Positions 10,192-22,378 of a DNA stretch of 64,000 nucleotides are shown here, one piece after another. Source of the DNA: Eledone cirrhosa (taxonomy: Eukaryota); NCBI GenBank assembly GCA_964016885.1, contig OZ024764.1, forward strand, positions 62,001 through 126,000, read 5' to 3'. Numbering within the stretch: position 1 is the first letter of the stretch; every line of letters starts with the position of its first letter. The position numbers and the translations under genes were made by a program. The notes under the pieces are model-generated. The model searched no databases and was not told where the DNA came from. It was given only the letters and a program-made list of their open reading frames with translations.

Positions 10192-11361
10192 ATGGCTAAC
10201 CAGCAAAAATCCAAACAGAACTGGTCTGATAATGAAATCGACATTCTAATAAACACATGGCATTGCCTTTCCCAAACAGAAAATATAGATGCTTCATCTC
10301 TGAACGACATTGCTAAACGTACAGTTCAATTTTTGAAAACTCGATCTGAACAACAGATTCAAAATAAATTAAAGCAAATCGAAATTGCTTTTAAATTAAT
10401 CAATAAACATTTGGATAAACTACGGTGTGTTTTCTCTTCGAATGCTGTCCAGCAGCAGCAACAACAACAACAGCAGCTACAACAGCAACAACAACAACAG
10501 CTACAACAACAACATCAACAACAGCTACAACAACAACATCAACAACAGCAACAACAACAACAACAGTGTGAACCACTCCTTGATTCATCAACAATGGCCG
10601 ATCTACTAAATGAAACTATTGACCCCCCAGTAGCCTCTGTCTCACAGCATGAAACGCCACATCCTTTCTCTGGCCCAGCAGTCCAATCATCACCACTGCC
10701 AACATCTCTGCCTACTACTACTACTACTACTACTACAACATTTTTGTCTACTGCTATGTCAAGGAATTTACCTTCTAATACCAGAACAAGAACTCTCCCT
10801 CCCACAGTCCACAAAGGTCGTCAAATCCTACCCAAACCATCATCTACACCTCTCACAACACCCACACCCACATACCCACCCACTCGAAACCCCATCATTT
10901 GCCGCTACTCTCTACGCTATAGAATATGTACGGATAGTGGCTGCAAATTCACCCATTTACCTAGGACAAAACGATCTATCCCCACAAACAGCCACCACCA
11001 TAATACATACTCTAATTTAACACCAACACAACCACCAATAACTCAAACAAGGAATCCACAAATCTGCCGTTTTTCCCTGCGAGACAGATTGTGTTTAGAC
11101 CGGGATTGTCCCTTTACCCATCTCCCGGGGACCCGTCGGATAAATGAAAATAAAATTAAAAATAAAAGCAAAAACAAAAACCATAACCTACATAAAAATA
11201 ACCACTACCACAGTCACCAACAGTCTTCTAAACAGGAAACTTCTTCCTCTTTTTTAGCCATAATGAATCTGGCAAAAGAACTGGAAAAAAACATTCGAGC
11301 TATCACCCAGCACCACCCTCCACTATCACCCCACTGCACAAACTCCCATTGCTGCCATTAA
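10192..11361 (+). CDS. LINE ORF1: Myb/SANT-like N-terminus, polyQ, P/T-rich linker, two CCCH zinc fingers
   Basis: NWSDNEIDILINTW...RSEQQIQNKLKQI; CRYSLRYRICTDSGCKFTH and CRFSLRDRLCLDRDCPFTH (C-x8-C-x4-C-x3-H). Confidence 0.85.
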   Translation: MANQQKSKQNWSDNEIDILINTWHCLSQTENIDASSLNDIAKRTVQFLKTRSEQQIQNKLKQIEIAFKLINKHLDKLRCVFSSNAVQQQQQQQQQLQQQQQQQLQQQHQQQLQQQHQQQQQQQQQCEPLLDSSTMADLLNETIDPPVASVSQHETPHPFSGPAVQSSPLPTSLPTTTTTTTTTFLSTAMSRNLPSNTRTRTLPPTVHKGRQILPKPSSTPLTTPTPTYPPTRNPIICRYSLRYRICTDSGCKFTHLPRTKRSIPTNSHHHNTYSNLTPTQPPITQTRNPQICRFSLRDRLCLDRDCPFTHLPGTRRINENKIKNKSKNKNHNLHKNNHYHSHQQSSKQETSSSFLAIMNLAKELEKNIRAITQHHPPLSPHCTNSHCCH

Positions 11362-14300
11362 CAAACAAACAAATTAACAACACACCAAAACAATTAAAAC
11401 CATCCACTCTCGCCTCTACATTTTTGCTTAACGCCCAAGGCATCAGCCCTTCCACCAATACTCAAAAATGGAAGATCAAATTCCTGGAGGACTGGATTGA
11501 TGTCCATCCAAACCACATCCCTTTCTTCGTCCTCACTGAAACCCATCTCAGTAACCTCCACTTGGAAGCCGAGGTGAAAGTGAAAAATTTCAAAGCCATC
11601 CGTGCTGATCGCGCTGGCAGAAGAAAGGGCGGAACTGCCATTTATGTCCATAATTCTTTCTCAACAGAGGCTATGAACATATTCACTAATGGATACTGTG
11701 AGGCAGTCACTGTATTCAGTCAAACCAACAACCTATTAGTAGTTGGGCTCTATAGGCCACCCCAAACGCCTGTACCATGCTTCAAGGAATGCCTCAACAG
11801 CATAAAGTGTTTCATCCAAGAGTGTCACCCTGACAACATCTTAATGATGGGGGACTTCAACCTCCCCGGAGTTGACTGGTCCACAAACACCCTGCCACCA
11901 GGTTCTTCTGCCTCAACCTCTGACAGGGAAGCTGTGGAATCGCTTCTTGACTTCATGGATGATTTCTTCCTATCCCAACTAGTGCTCGAACCAACGAGGT
12001 GCCACAAAAACGTCCTAGACTTAATTTTCAGCAATCACACTGACAATATCCACAATATTGCAGTGGAGAAAACTCTACTCTCTGATCATGACATGGTTCT
12101 CTGTGATCTGAGATTCCACCGTCCAATATACAAACCCAATGTCATTTCTCCTGTCCATCCGTTTGACGCTATGGATTTCCACAATGCAAACTGGGAAGCG
12201 ATCAGTCATGATCTTGCACATGTCGACTGGTCCTTCACGCACACTCATACACCCACTAACATCAAAAAGTCCTGGCAGACATTTGTGGACACTGTTACAA
12301 ACATATGTGCTAAACACACCCCATTAAGAACTATAAACAAATCTAAGAGCAGAATCCCTAGAAATAGAAAAACGCTCATCAGAAAAATTAAGAGAACGAA
12401 CAAAAAAATCAACAATCTGAAATACTGTCAGCAGCAACACATCAACTTGACTGCCATTTCATCACTAGAGATTAAAAAACATAACCTCCAAAACAACATA
12501 ATGTCCCTCATCAACAATCAGAGAAGAGCTGAAGAGGCCTGGGCCATTGAGAAGATCAAACTCAATCCCAAAGTGTTCTTTTCATTTGCAAAAAAACACA
12601 AAATCACTGGCTCTACTGTTGGCCCTCTAATTGATGAAAATGGCACTCTTCAAGACAATGCTAAAACCATGGGTGAGATACTGCAGAAACAATACTGCTC
12701 TGTTTTCAGCAATCCTGATATGGCCGATCTGGGCTGTATCGGCGATGTTACTCCCCATTACACCTTATCGGACATAACGTTTGGCGCCCCTGATGTCTTG
12801 GCGGCAATAAAGGAAATCAAGCATAATTCAGCAGTAGGTCCCGATAGATTCCCTGCTTGTGTCTTGAAGGCGTGTCAACACCAACTTGCTTCTCCTCTTG
12901 CCAATCTGTGGCGGAACTCACTGGATGCTGGATATGTGCCAGAAAACCTTCTATCCCAGTCTGTTGTCCCAGTTTTCAAAAAGGGAAACAAATCCCTTGC
13001 CGTGAATTACCGTCCAATCTCACTCACCTCTCATATCATTAAGGTATTTGAGCGAGTGGTGAGATCGCGAATGACCCACTTCCTTGAGAGTAACAATATG
13101 CTGAACTCCAACCAGCATGGATTCCGTAATGGAAGGGATTGCCTGACGCAACTACTGCATCACTTTGATGACATTTTGAGAGCCTTGGGAGAGGGTTCCA
13201 ACACTGATGTTATCTACCTTGATTTCAGCAAGGCCTTTGACAGGGTTGATCATAACATTCTACTGAGAAAGCTGTCCAATATTGGTGTCACTGGAAAGCT
13301 GCTGCAGTGGATCAAGAGCTTCCTGTCAAACAGAACCCAACATGTTGTAGTTGAGGGAGTCAAATCAAGCCCAGCCAAAGTCAGTAGTGGAGTCCCACAA
13401 GGCACTGTGTTGGGCCCACTTCTCTTCATCATCTATATTAATGACATCACTGACATCATCAAACACAGCAACATTAAAATTTTCGCTGATGATTCCAAGC
13501 TCCAAAAGGTCATCAATGGCGTGGATGACCGGATAAGCCTTCAGTCAGACCTACTGGCTGTTACCCAATGGGCAGAAAAGAACAACATGTTACTGAACGA
13601 AGACAAATTCGAACTGATCCACTTTGGAAAAGAGGATGCTCTGAAACTCCCGTACTCCCTTCCCTCCGGGGAAACTCTCGTGGCATCTAACAACATCAGA
13701 GACTTGGGAGTAACCGTGGACAGCAACATAAGCTGGACCACGCATATAAGCAGCAAAGTTGACATGGCCCGCAGAATGTGTTCCTGGATCCTCAGAACCT
13801 TCCAGTCGAGAGATTCCCGCACCATTATCCTTCTCTTCTCTACTTTCGCCCGACCACACCTTGAATACTGTTGTCCACTGTGGTCTCCCCACACGAAACA
13901 AAGTATCATGAAACTTGAAGCTCCTCAAAGGGCAATCACGAAAAAGATAGATGGCATGTCAGACCTTGACTACTGGGGTCGATTGGAAAACCTGAAACTT
14001 TACTCACTCCAACGTCGCCGTGAGCGTTATATTATCTGCATGATGTGGAAAATGTTCCATCATCACTGCCCAAATGATGTTGGCATCGCCTTCAAGATAC
14101 ACCCAAGGCTTGGACCCCGTGCTATCCGTCCCATTCAAAAATCTAAATCGCAACTCATAACAACAATACGGCACAATTATTTCACCTCAATCGGCCCTGC
14201 TCTCTTCAACATCACACCAGGACACGTCAAAACAGAAACTGACCACACAAAATTCAAGAAGTCTTTGGACAAATTCCTCCAAGTAATCCCGGACAAACCA

Positions 14301-14369
14301 CCCACACCCGGATATGTCTCCGCAAACAGTAATTCTCTTCTCGAATGGGCCATGGTGCCCAAATCCTGA
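11349..14369 (+). CDS. LINE ORF2: APE endonuclease + reverse transcriptase (CR1 clade); true start uncertain
   Basis: LNAQG, LTETHL, GLYRPP, MGDFNLP, LDLIFSN, SDH; [55 protein letters not shown]. Frame open from 11232; track start is TTG; first ATG is at 11673. Confidence 0.95.
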   Translation: MLPLTNKQINNTPKQLKPSTLASTFLLNAQGISPSTNTQKWKIKFLEDWIDVHPNHIPFFVLTETHLSNLHLEAEVKVKNFKAIRADRAGRRKGGTAIYVHNSFSTEAMNIFTNGYCEAVTVFSQTNNLLVVGLYRPPQTPVPCFKECLNSIKCFIQECHPDNILMMGDFNLPGVDWSTNTLPPGSSASTSDREAVESLLDFMDDFFLSQLVLEPTRCHKNVLDLIFSNHTDNIHNIAVEKTLLSDHDMVLCDLRFHRPIYKPNVISPVHPFDAMDFHNANWEAISHDLAHVDWSFTHTHTPTNIKKSWQTFVDTVTNICAKHTPLRTINKSKSRIPRNRKTLIRKIKRTNKKINNLKYCQQQHINLTAISSLEIKKHNLQNNIMSLINNQRRAEEAWAIEKIKLNPKVFFSFAKKHKITGSTVGPLIDENGTLQDNAKTMGEILQKQYCSVFSNPDMADLGCIGDVTPHYTLSDITFGAPDVLAAIKEIKHNSAVGPDRFPACVLKACQHQLASPLANLWRNSLDAGYVPENLLSQSVVPVFKKGNKSLAVNYRPISLTSHIIKVFERVVRSRMTHFLESNNMLNSNQHGFRNGRDCLTQLLHHFDDILRALGEGSNTDVIYLDFSKAFDRVDHNILLRKLSNIGVTGKLLQWIKSFLSNRTQHVVVEGVKSSPAKVSSGVPQGTVLGPLLFIIYINDITDIIKHSNIKIFADDSKLQKVINGVDDRISLQSDLLAVTQWAEKNNMLLNEDKFELIHFGKEDALKLPYSLPSGETLVASNNIRDLGVTVDSNISWTTHISSKVDMARRMCSWILRTFQSRDSRTIILLFSTFARPHLEYCCPLWSPHTKQSIMKLEAPQRAITKKIDGMSDLDYWGRLENLKLYSLQRRRERYIICMMWKMFHHHCPNDVGIAFKIHPRLGPRAIRPIQKSKSQLITTIRHNYFTSIGPALFNITPGHVKTETDHTKFKKSLDKFLQVIPDKPPTPGYVSANSNSLLEWAMVPKS

Positions 14370-14444
14370 ATTGAAAGACTTCGCCAGGTGGTGCTATTAA
14401 GTTAGACATGGCCTGGGCCAATACTGGCCAAAACATTTCAAAGT

Positions 14445-14550
14445 TATATATATATACGTATATACATATATATATGTATATATATATGTATATATATATG
14501 TATATACATATATATATGTATATATATATGTATATATATATATGTATATA

Positions 14551-14617
<67 letters not shown>

Positions 14618-14760
14618 GTATATATATATGTATATATATATGTATATATATATGTATATATATATGTATATATATATGTATATATATATGTATATATATA
14701 TGTATATATATATGTATATATATATGTATGTATATATATATGTATATACATATGTGTATG
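14445..14760. repeat. (TA)n / TATATG microsatellite
   Basis: Direct reading. Confidence 0.95.
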
Positions 14761-14761
14761 T

Positions 14762-15369
14762 CAGGTCACCAGTTGGTGCTACTGGTAACATGTATTCCAG
14801 TACAACCTGTCCCATGGTCGGGTCGTTGGCGACTAAACTGGCAACCCCACCAAGGTTTCTTGGTGAGGAGGGTGACTTTGGACATCCTGCAGGACTAAAA
14901 ACAAAACCTGTCAAAAGGCAAAGGAGCTCTTAAGAGTCAATGGCCATCCAAAATCACCGGGAGAGATGACCCCTTAGCCTTTGTCAAGGCAGAATTCTAG
15001 GAGAAGGAAAACTCTGATATAACACCTGCAACCCTGATGGTATCCAATGATGTTGACTTGTTCTTCTTTTTGGTAAATATCATCTTGGTTAAGAGAGTGG
15101 GACTGGCTTTGTGCAGTGCCTTTGCTCACTATAAAAGCTTCACGGCACAGGCATTGCTTTATATCTGGAGATCTCTCTGCATTTGTCGTCACATGGTACC
15201 ATGGGCCCAGCACTATGTGTCAATAATTGTCACAAGTGTAGTGTTTGTACCAGAGCTTTCAAGTCGCTGGCTGGACTAAAAAGTCACACTCGTTCAGCGC
15301 ATCAGTAGGGGTTCTCCTACATGGATATAAAGTAGTGGCCGTACTCGAAAACGAGTTGGCAGCCACCAT
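14762..15369 (+). mobile_element. Probable internally deleted RTE-clade element (5' region joined to 3' end)
   Basis: TCTAGGAGAAGGAAAACTCTGA motif recalled from RTE 5' regions; 15231-15308 encodes [25 protein letters not shown] (terminal C2H2 finger); 3' hairpin ACTCG-AAAA-CGAGT before the microsatellite tail. Confidence 0.55.
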
Positions 15370-15390
15370 ATACATATGTATATACATATG

Positions 15391-15438
<48 letters not shown>

Positions 15439-15928
15439 CATATATATATGTATATATATATACATATATATATGTATATATATATACATATGTATGTATA
15501 TATACATATGTATGTATATATATACATATGTATATATATATATATACATATATACATATGTATATGTATATATACATATATACATATGTATATGTATATA
15601 TACATATGTATATATACATATATACATATGTATATATATATACATATACATATGTATATGTATATATACATATACATATGTATATATATATATACATATG
15701 TATATATGTATATATACATATACATATGTATATATATATATATATACATATGTATATATGTATATATACATATACATATGTATATATATATATATACATA
15801 TGTATATATATATATACATATGTATATATGTATATATACATATACATATGTATATATATATATATACATATGTATATATGTATATATATATATACATATG
15901 TATATATGTATATATATATACACATATA

Positions 15929-15961
<33 letters not shown>

Positions 15962-16208
15962 GCTTGTGCTTTTTATACCTCTTACACTTTCAACCAGTGC
16001 TGCCTGTAATGGTGTTTTTTCACACAATATATATATACATACACACAGTATATATATACACACACAATATATATATATATATACACACACAATATATATA
16101 TATATATACACACACAATATATATATATATATATACACACAGTATATATATACACACACAATATATATATATATACACACACAATATATATATATATATA
16201 CACACACA
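15370..16208. repeat. AT-rich microsatellite tracts (TA/TACATATG, poly-T, TACACACA variants)
   Basis: Direct reading; short unique spacer at ~15961-16020. Confidence 0.9.
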
Positions 16209-16280
16209 TCTACAAACAGTATACATGTCTATCAACCTCTCTCTCTATCTCACACCCTATCCTCCATTCTTACATTTCAG

Positions 16281-16467
16281 TATATATCTGCCGTGCTCTG
16301 GTCCCTGGCCACCATCAGTGCTGTGTCTGTTCTCTACGGCATCTACAATGTTCAAAACGGGGCTACAGTAACTGAAGGAGTCTCTATATTCTATAATGCA
16401 GTCAACCGTACCGTGTGGGGCCTCTGTGTTGGCTGGGTCATCCTCGCATGCACCACAGGATATGGAG
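16281..16467 (+). CDS. nrf-6: Internal exon B of NRF-6/OACYL-like gene
   Basis: tttcAG acceptor (16279-80), GTAGGT donor (16468); [22 protein letters not shown]...[26 protein letters not shown](G) with the family R..W.....W.I.AC..GYGG motif; phase 0 in, phase 1 out. Confidence 0.92.
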
Positions 16468-16793
16468 GTAGGTCTAATTCTTCTATCTCATCCTTTTGTC
16501 TTCCTATAGATATGTATTTGTTTATATATTAACCCTTTAGTGTACAAACCGCCTGAAATCGGCCAAAATTATTTCACCTTCATTTGTTCAAACCGCCCGA
16601 AATCGCCTGAAAACACCCACACTAAAAAATTGTTTTAAAAATAAACAAACCATCATCAAAATCTCGTCATTTCGAGACTGCTATGAGATTAGGCCCTTAC
16701 CGTGAAAATTAACACTTAATATAGTGGAACAACTTACAACAAAAAGTGTTTTTTTAACGTTGAAAGTGCAACAAATTTTTTGTGTGTATCAAC

Positions 16794-17400
16794 ATGGCTT
16801 GTGAAAGTAGCGATACCGACTTTGAAGGTTTTGCACACAACGACATTCAGAATAAACAAGAAACAAACGATTATTAGTGATTTATCTTCAAATGAATCTG
16901 ATGTTTACATTTCTGAAATTTCGTCCGACAGAGATTGTTTGGAAAGTGAAAACAAAGGAGACTCCAGGGCGACATTGAAAATATTACAGCAACGTGGTTG
17001 TAAAATACCACACTAATATATGTTCCCGATTTTATTCAAAATACTGGTCCACAACACACATTAGCTCCCGATGCTAAAGCACTGGATTATTCCATTTTGT
17101 TTTTACCACAAACTTTCTTCGAAGTTGTGGCAGAAGAGATTAATCGATATGCCCAACAACAGATTTCAAATCGAGGAAAACCCGATCTGTTTGGCGACCG
17201 ACAGATGCTGCGGAAATGCAAGCATTTTTACCGTAAATATTATGTTCGGTATAAAACAATTTCCAAGACTGTGGAATTACTGGAACACTGATATAAGGTT
17301 TAGTGATCCTTATATATCAAGTATTATGCCGAAAACAACGTATTTAAAATTAAACCAGTATTTGCACCTGGTTGATACTTCAAATGCCCCTATTAATTAA
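16794..17400 (+). pseudogene. piggyBac (PGBD-like) transposase N-terminal remnant
   Basis: Acidic N-terminus, then ALDYSILFLPQTFFEVVAEEINRYAQQ and, after a frameshift, IMFGIKQFPRLWNYWNTD...PYISSIMPK..YLKLNQYLHLVD; truncated before the catalytic DDD core. Confidence 0.85.
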
Positions 17401-17577
17401 TTTCACCTGCCCATAAAAGTTAAATTTGACCAAAAAAATCAGGTAAAATTATATAATTGTAAATTATTGATATTTAAACATCTACTGACAAAATGTCAAG
17501 CCTGTACATAGAAAATTAAGAAAATTACAAACAAATAAAATTGATAACCCTCTTGAGTACGATTAACTGAAAATAAT

Positions 17578-17751
17578 TGTTTCTACTTTTGGCACAAGGC
17601 CAGCAATTATCCAGTGTATTACTGGTACTTTATTTTATCGACCCCGTAAGGATGAAAGGCAAAGTTAACCTCGGCGGGATTTGAACTCAGAATGGCAAGG
17701 GCCGTAACTCTATGCATCAAAGCATGGCGTCCAACCTTCTACCGATACTGC
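17578..17751 (-). mobile_element. SINE family A inside the piggyBac
   Basis: Closely matches 4414-4594. Confidence 0.9.
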
Positions 17752-18183
17752 GCGAACAGATAAGCATGACGTTTGAAAATTAATGCGAATGCTAAAGGGT
17801 TAATAAAGCTGACAGCTGTATGTATCTATGTATGTAACAAACGGCTGGACCAAACAGCACCAAATTTGCGCTATAGATGTATCTTTTTCCAAGTAAGAAA
17901 GTGAGGGTATTTTTGTCTTCTAAATTTCGTTAAAAGATTAAAGATATTTAATCGTTTATTTAAATATTCACTTCTTTAAAATTTTCAAATGTCAACATTT
18001 CCGGTTATACGACATTCCTCTCTCTTTCTTAGTCTGTCTTTTTAGATAGATACATAGCTATACTGTCGCACCCTTATAATGTGTCTCTGTATGTCTGGCT
18101 GTTTGCATCTGTACATTGACTTCGCTATCTGTGTGTGTGTATATATGTATATATATATATATATATAATGTGTATATATATGG

Positions 18184-18502
18184 GGAGGCACATGGCTTAG
18201 TGGTTAGAGCATTGGCCTTGCAATCGAAAGGTTGTGAGTTCAATTCTCAGACCAGGTGATGTGTTGTTGCCTTGAGCAAGACACTTTATTTCACATTACT
18301 CCAGTTTACTCAGCTGTAGAAATGAGTCCCTATCAATCCACTGCAAAGTGGTCGTGGAGGTGCCACGGCAAAAAAGCACCTAGCACTCACTGTAAATGAG
18401 GTTGGTGTTAGGAAGAGCATCCAGCTGTAGAAATCAAGCCAGAATCAGTTCCCGTCCCACCCTTGCAAGCAGGGAAAAAGCGGACGTAAAATGAAAATGA
18501 AT
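18184..18502 (+). mobile_element. Full-length SINE family B
   Basis: A box TGGCTTAGTGG, B box GAGTTCAATTCT, central CCTTGAGCAAGACACTT, 3' GGTTGGTGTTAGGAAGAGCATCCAGCTGTAGAAA and AAATGAAAATGA tail. Confidence 0.9.
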
Positions 18503-18618
18503 ACAGTTCGACTGTACGAAAGCACAGACGGCTTGAGGGCGTGCGGTATCTTTGCACTGGAGTGAAAAGATAAAATGCCGGTATACCTAGCCAGGCGCCA
18601 GCCGGACGGGCCAGCTAG
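18503..18618 (+). mobile_element. Possible Helitron 3' terminal fragment
   Basis: GC hairpin CC(A)GGC-gcca-GCCGG about 9 nt upstream of CTAG followed by T. Confidence 0.4.
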
Positions 18619-18647
18619 TATATCTATATTTGTGTGTGTGTAATATA

Positions 18648-19212
18648 TGCAACAATGAATCACAGACTGGCAACTCAAGCTGGCTGTGAACAAGTGCACC
18701 ACCATGCATTTTGGGAGTAAAAACCCAGCGTCCACATACTCCCTCCACAACACTAATATCAAGAAGTCTTCTTGTATACGTGACCTGGGCATTACGGTCA
18801 GCAGTGATTTGCGTTGGACGAAGCACGTCTCTAAAATTGTCAAGAGGGCCGAGGGTGTCTTAGCATCACTCAGCAAGACCTTTGTCAGCCGCTCTCCAGA
18901 TATCTATTTAAGGCTGTATATAGCTATAGTGCGGCCACTTAGAATTTGCATCACCAGTCTGGAACCCCTATCTTGCTCAGAATATTGACCTCCTGGAAAC
19001 TATTCAGAGACGTGCAGCCAAGCAAATACCTTCCATCAGACACCTACCATACTCTGAACACCTTGCTTCCCTGGGTATGGATACATTGAAGCTCCGACGT
19101 CTGGCAACTGACTTGGTAAACACCCACAAAGTTATTAACCATCTTGCCAACAACAACCCTGAGCACTTTTTTGAATTCCATGTGTCTAACACACGTGGAC
19201 ATGCCTACAAAG
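18648..19212 (+). mobile_element. Truncated CR1-clade LINE fragment (RT C-terminal region, frameshifted)
   Basis: KCTTMHFG..IRDLGITVSSDLRW..HV..LY.AIVRP / LEFASPVWNPY..LETIQRRA..LKLRRL..TRGH.YK. Confidence 0.88.
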
Positions 19213-21036
19213 TATGATATATACATGTATGATATATATATCATATATGTATGAGATATATATATGATATATATATATGATATATGTATGATATATGTAT
19301 GATATATGTATAATATATGTATGATATATGTATGATATATGTATGATTTATATATGATATATGTATGATATATGTATGATATAAATATGATATATATATG
19401 ATATATATATGATATATGTAGGATATATATATGATATATATATGATATATATATGATATATATATGATATATGTATGATATATGTATGATATATGTATGA
19501 TATATGTATGATTTATATATGATATATGTATGATATATGTATGATATATGTATGATATGTATATGATATATATATGATATATATATGATATATATATGAT
19601 ATATGTATGATATATGTATGATATATGTATGATATATATATGATATATGTATGATATATGTATGATATATGTATGATATATGTATGATATATGTATGATA
19701 TATATATGATATATGTATGATATATGTATGATATATGTATGATATATGTATGATATATATATGATATATATATGATATATGTATGATATATGTATGATAT
19801 ATGTATGATATATGTATGATATATGTATGATATGTATATGATATATGTATGATATATATATGATATATGTATGATATATGTATGATATATGTATGATATA
19901 TATATGATATATGTATGATATATGTATGATATATACATGTATGATATATATATGATATATGTATGATATATGTATGATATATATATGATATATGTATGAT
20001 ATATGTATGATATATGTATGATATATACATGTATGATATATATATGATATATGTATGATATATGTATGATATATGTATGATATATATATGATATATGTAT
20101 GATATATATATGATATATGTATGATATATATATGATATATGTATGATATATATATGATATATGTATGATATATGTATGATATATGTATGATATATGTATG
20201 ATATATATATGATATATGTATGATATATATATGATATATGTATGATATATGTATGATATATATATGATATATATATGATATATGTATGATATATATATGA
20301 TATATGTATGGTATATGTATGATATATGTATGATATATGTATGATATATGTATGATATATATATGGTATATGTATGATATATATATGATGTATGCATGAT
20401 ATATGTATGATATATGTATGATATATGTATGATATATGTATGATATATGTATGATATATGTATGATATATATATGATATATATATATGATATATATATGA
20501 TATATATATGATATATGCATGATATATGTATGATATATGTATGATATATATATGATATATATATGATATATGTATGATATATGTATGATATATGCATGAT
20601 ATATGTATGATATATGTATGATATATGTATGATATATATATGATATATGTATGATATATGTATGATATATATATGATATGTGTATGATATATGTATGATA
20701 TATATATGATATATGTATGATATATATATGATATATGTATGATATATATATGATATATGTATGATATGTATATGATATATGTATGATATATATATGATAT
20801 ATGTATGATATATGTATGATATATATATGATATATGTATGATATATGTATGATATATATATGATATGTGTATGATATATGTATGATATATATATGATATA
20901 TGTATGATATATATATGATATATGTATGATATATATATGATATATGTATGATATGTATATGATATATGTATGATATATATATGATATATGTATGATATGT
21001 ATATGATATATGTATGATATAAGTATGATATATATA
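19213..21036. repeat. 11-bp minisatellite (GTATGATATAT)n, ~1.8 kb
   Basis: Direct reading; gives rise to spurious long I/Y/H/S ORFs. Confidence 0.95.
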
Positions 21037-21086
21037 AAGTAGCCATTCTGGAGCACTTGTTTCCAGTCGATTATTGGTTCTACAGA

Positions 21087-21637
21087 CAGTTGTCCCTGGT
21101 ATTTGCGGGGGCTACGTTCCCAGAACACCTGCGAATATTGAACGTGGTCCATAAAGATGTCTATAAACGTCAAAATATAACTTAAAATATAATAAAAAAA
21201 GAGGGAGAGTCTTATGTGAAGGGGCATCCAATAGGCCAGCAAATACCAGTATATTGTTTCTACTTTTGGCACAAGGCCAGCAATAACCCAGTACATTACT
21301 GGTACTTTATTTTATCGACCCCGTAAGGATGAAAGGCAAAGTTAACCTCGGCGGGATTTGAACTCAGATCATAAAGGGCCGTAACTCTATGCTTCAAAGC
21401 ATGGCGTCCGACTCTCTACCGATACTGCCAATCCACCGCAATCCACAATAATACCAGTATATTGTTGTTGATAAGTTAGTGTTAAATATATATATTGCCA
21501 TGAAAAAAGACATAAAATAATCACGGAATATATTTACAATCCCCAAAATATTTGGTGGTTTCTAAGAACAATTATTGGTTAGGTTCTTAGGAAAATGTAG
21601 TGAATAACTGGGACTGCGAATGTCCTGGGGTACACTG
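21087..21637 (+). mobile_element. Old Tigger/pogo-like (Tc1-mariner) MITE containing a SINE
   Basis: Starts CAGTTGTCCCTGGTATTTGCGGGGG..CCTGCGAATA, ends CTGCGAATGTCCTGGGGTACACTG; TIRs are degenerate and no clean TA duplication is seen. Confidence 0.5.
21255..21439 (-). mobile_element. SINE family A with TSD
   Basis: Matches 4414-4594; direct repeat AATACCAGTATATTGTT at 21242-21258 and 21450-21466. Confidence 0.9.
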
Positions 21638-21680
21638 GATATATATATATATAGAGACTTGATACTTGGGGTAGAAGAAG

Positions 21681-22206
21681 AAGTCTTTACCTCACATAAC
21701 ATTTACATTACTCTATATATACTATTGTATTTTCACAGTAAAGGCTTTACCTCACATAATATCTCACATAACATTTACATTACTCTATATATACTATTGT
21801 ATTTTCACAGTAAAGGCTTTACCTCACATAATATCTCACATAACATTTACATTACTCTATATATACTATTGTATTTTCACAGTAAAGGCTTTACCTCACA
21901 TAATATCTCTCATAACATTTACATTACTCTATATATACTATTGTATTTTCACAGTAAAGGCTATACCTCACATAATATCTCACATAACATTTACATTACA
22001 CTATATATACTATTGTATTGTCACAGTAAAGACTTTACCTCACATAATATCTCACATAACATTTACATTACTCTATATATACTATTGTATTGTCACAGTA
22101 AAGGCTTTACCTCACATAATATCTCACATAACATTTACATTACTCTATATATACTATTGTATTTTCACAGTAAAGGCTTTACCTCACATAATATCTAACA
22201 TAACAT
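21681..22206 (-). repeat. 72-bp array, inverted relative to 2890-4242 (left part, ~7 units)
   Basis: Reverse complement of the 72-bp unit; stops at the LINE 5' junction. Confidence 0.95.
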
Positions 22207-22378
22207 CTCGTATACGAGAGACGTGTGTTGACGTGTGTGAACAAGCTCGGCTACTGAGTCGGATTTACTTACTCAAAAAGTGAGTTTTGATTAATTTTTT
22301 TATACTGTAATATACGTTAACCCCTTGCCTTGGTCGTCAAACTTTGAGTTAAAAATTTATTACGGCAAACTAATAGAA

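Larger units (their letters stand above)
9769..14444 (+). mobile_element. Apparently full-length CR1-clade LINE inserted in AT microsatellite
   Basis: Two uninterrupted ORFs, duplicated 5' UTR segment (9769-9939 / 10005-10180), ~75-nt 3' UTR running into (TA)n; microsatellite on both sides. Confidence 0.9.
16533..17799 (+). mobile_element. Internally deleted piggyBac DNA transposon
   Basis: TTAA at 16529-32 and 17800-03; termini CCCTTTAG...CTAAAGGG; contains a transposase remnant and a SINE. Confidence 0.88.

Noticed and set aside
9410-21296. Y/I/H/M-rich ORFs, including the 750-aa ORF at 19044-21296
   Set aside because: Translations of (TA)n and 11-bp simple repeats.
22317-22326. TTAACCCCTT in the Tx1 5' UTR as a piggyBac terminus
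   Set aside because: No matching TIR plus TTAA at the other end (AAGGGTTAC at ~27639 does not fit); short chance match.
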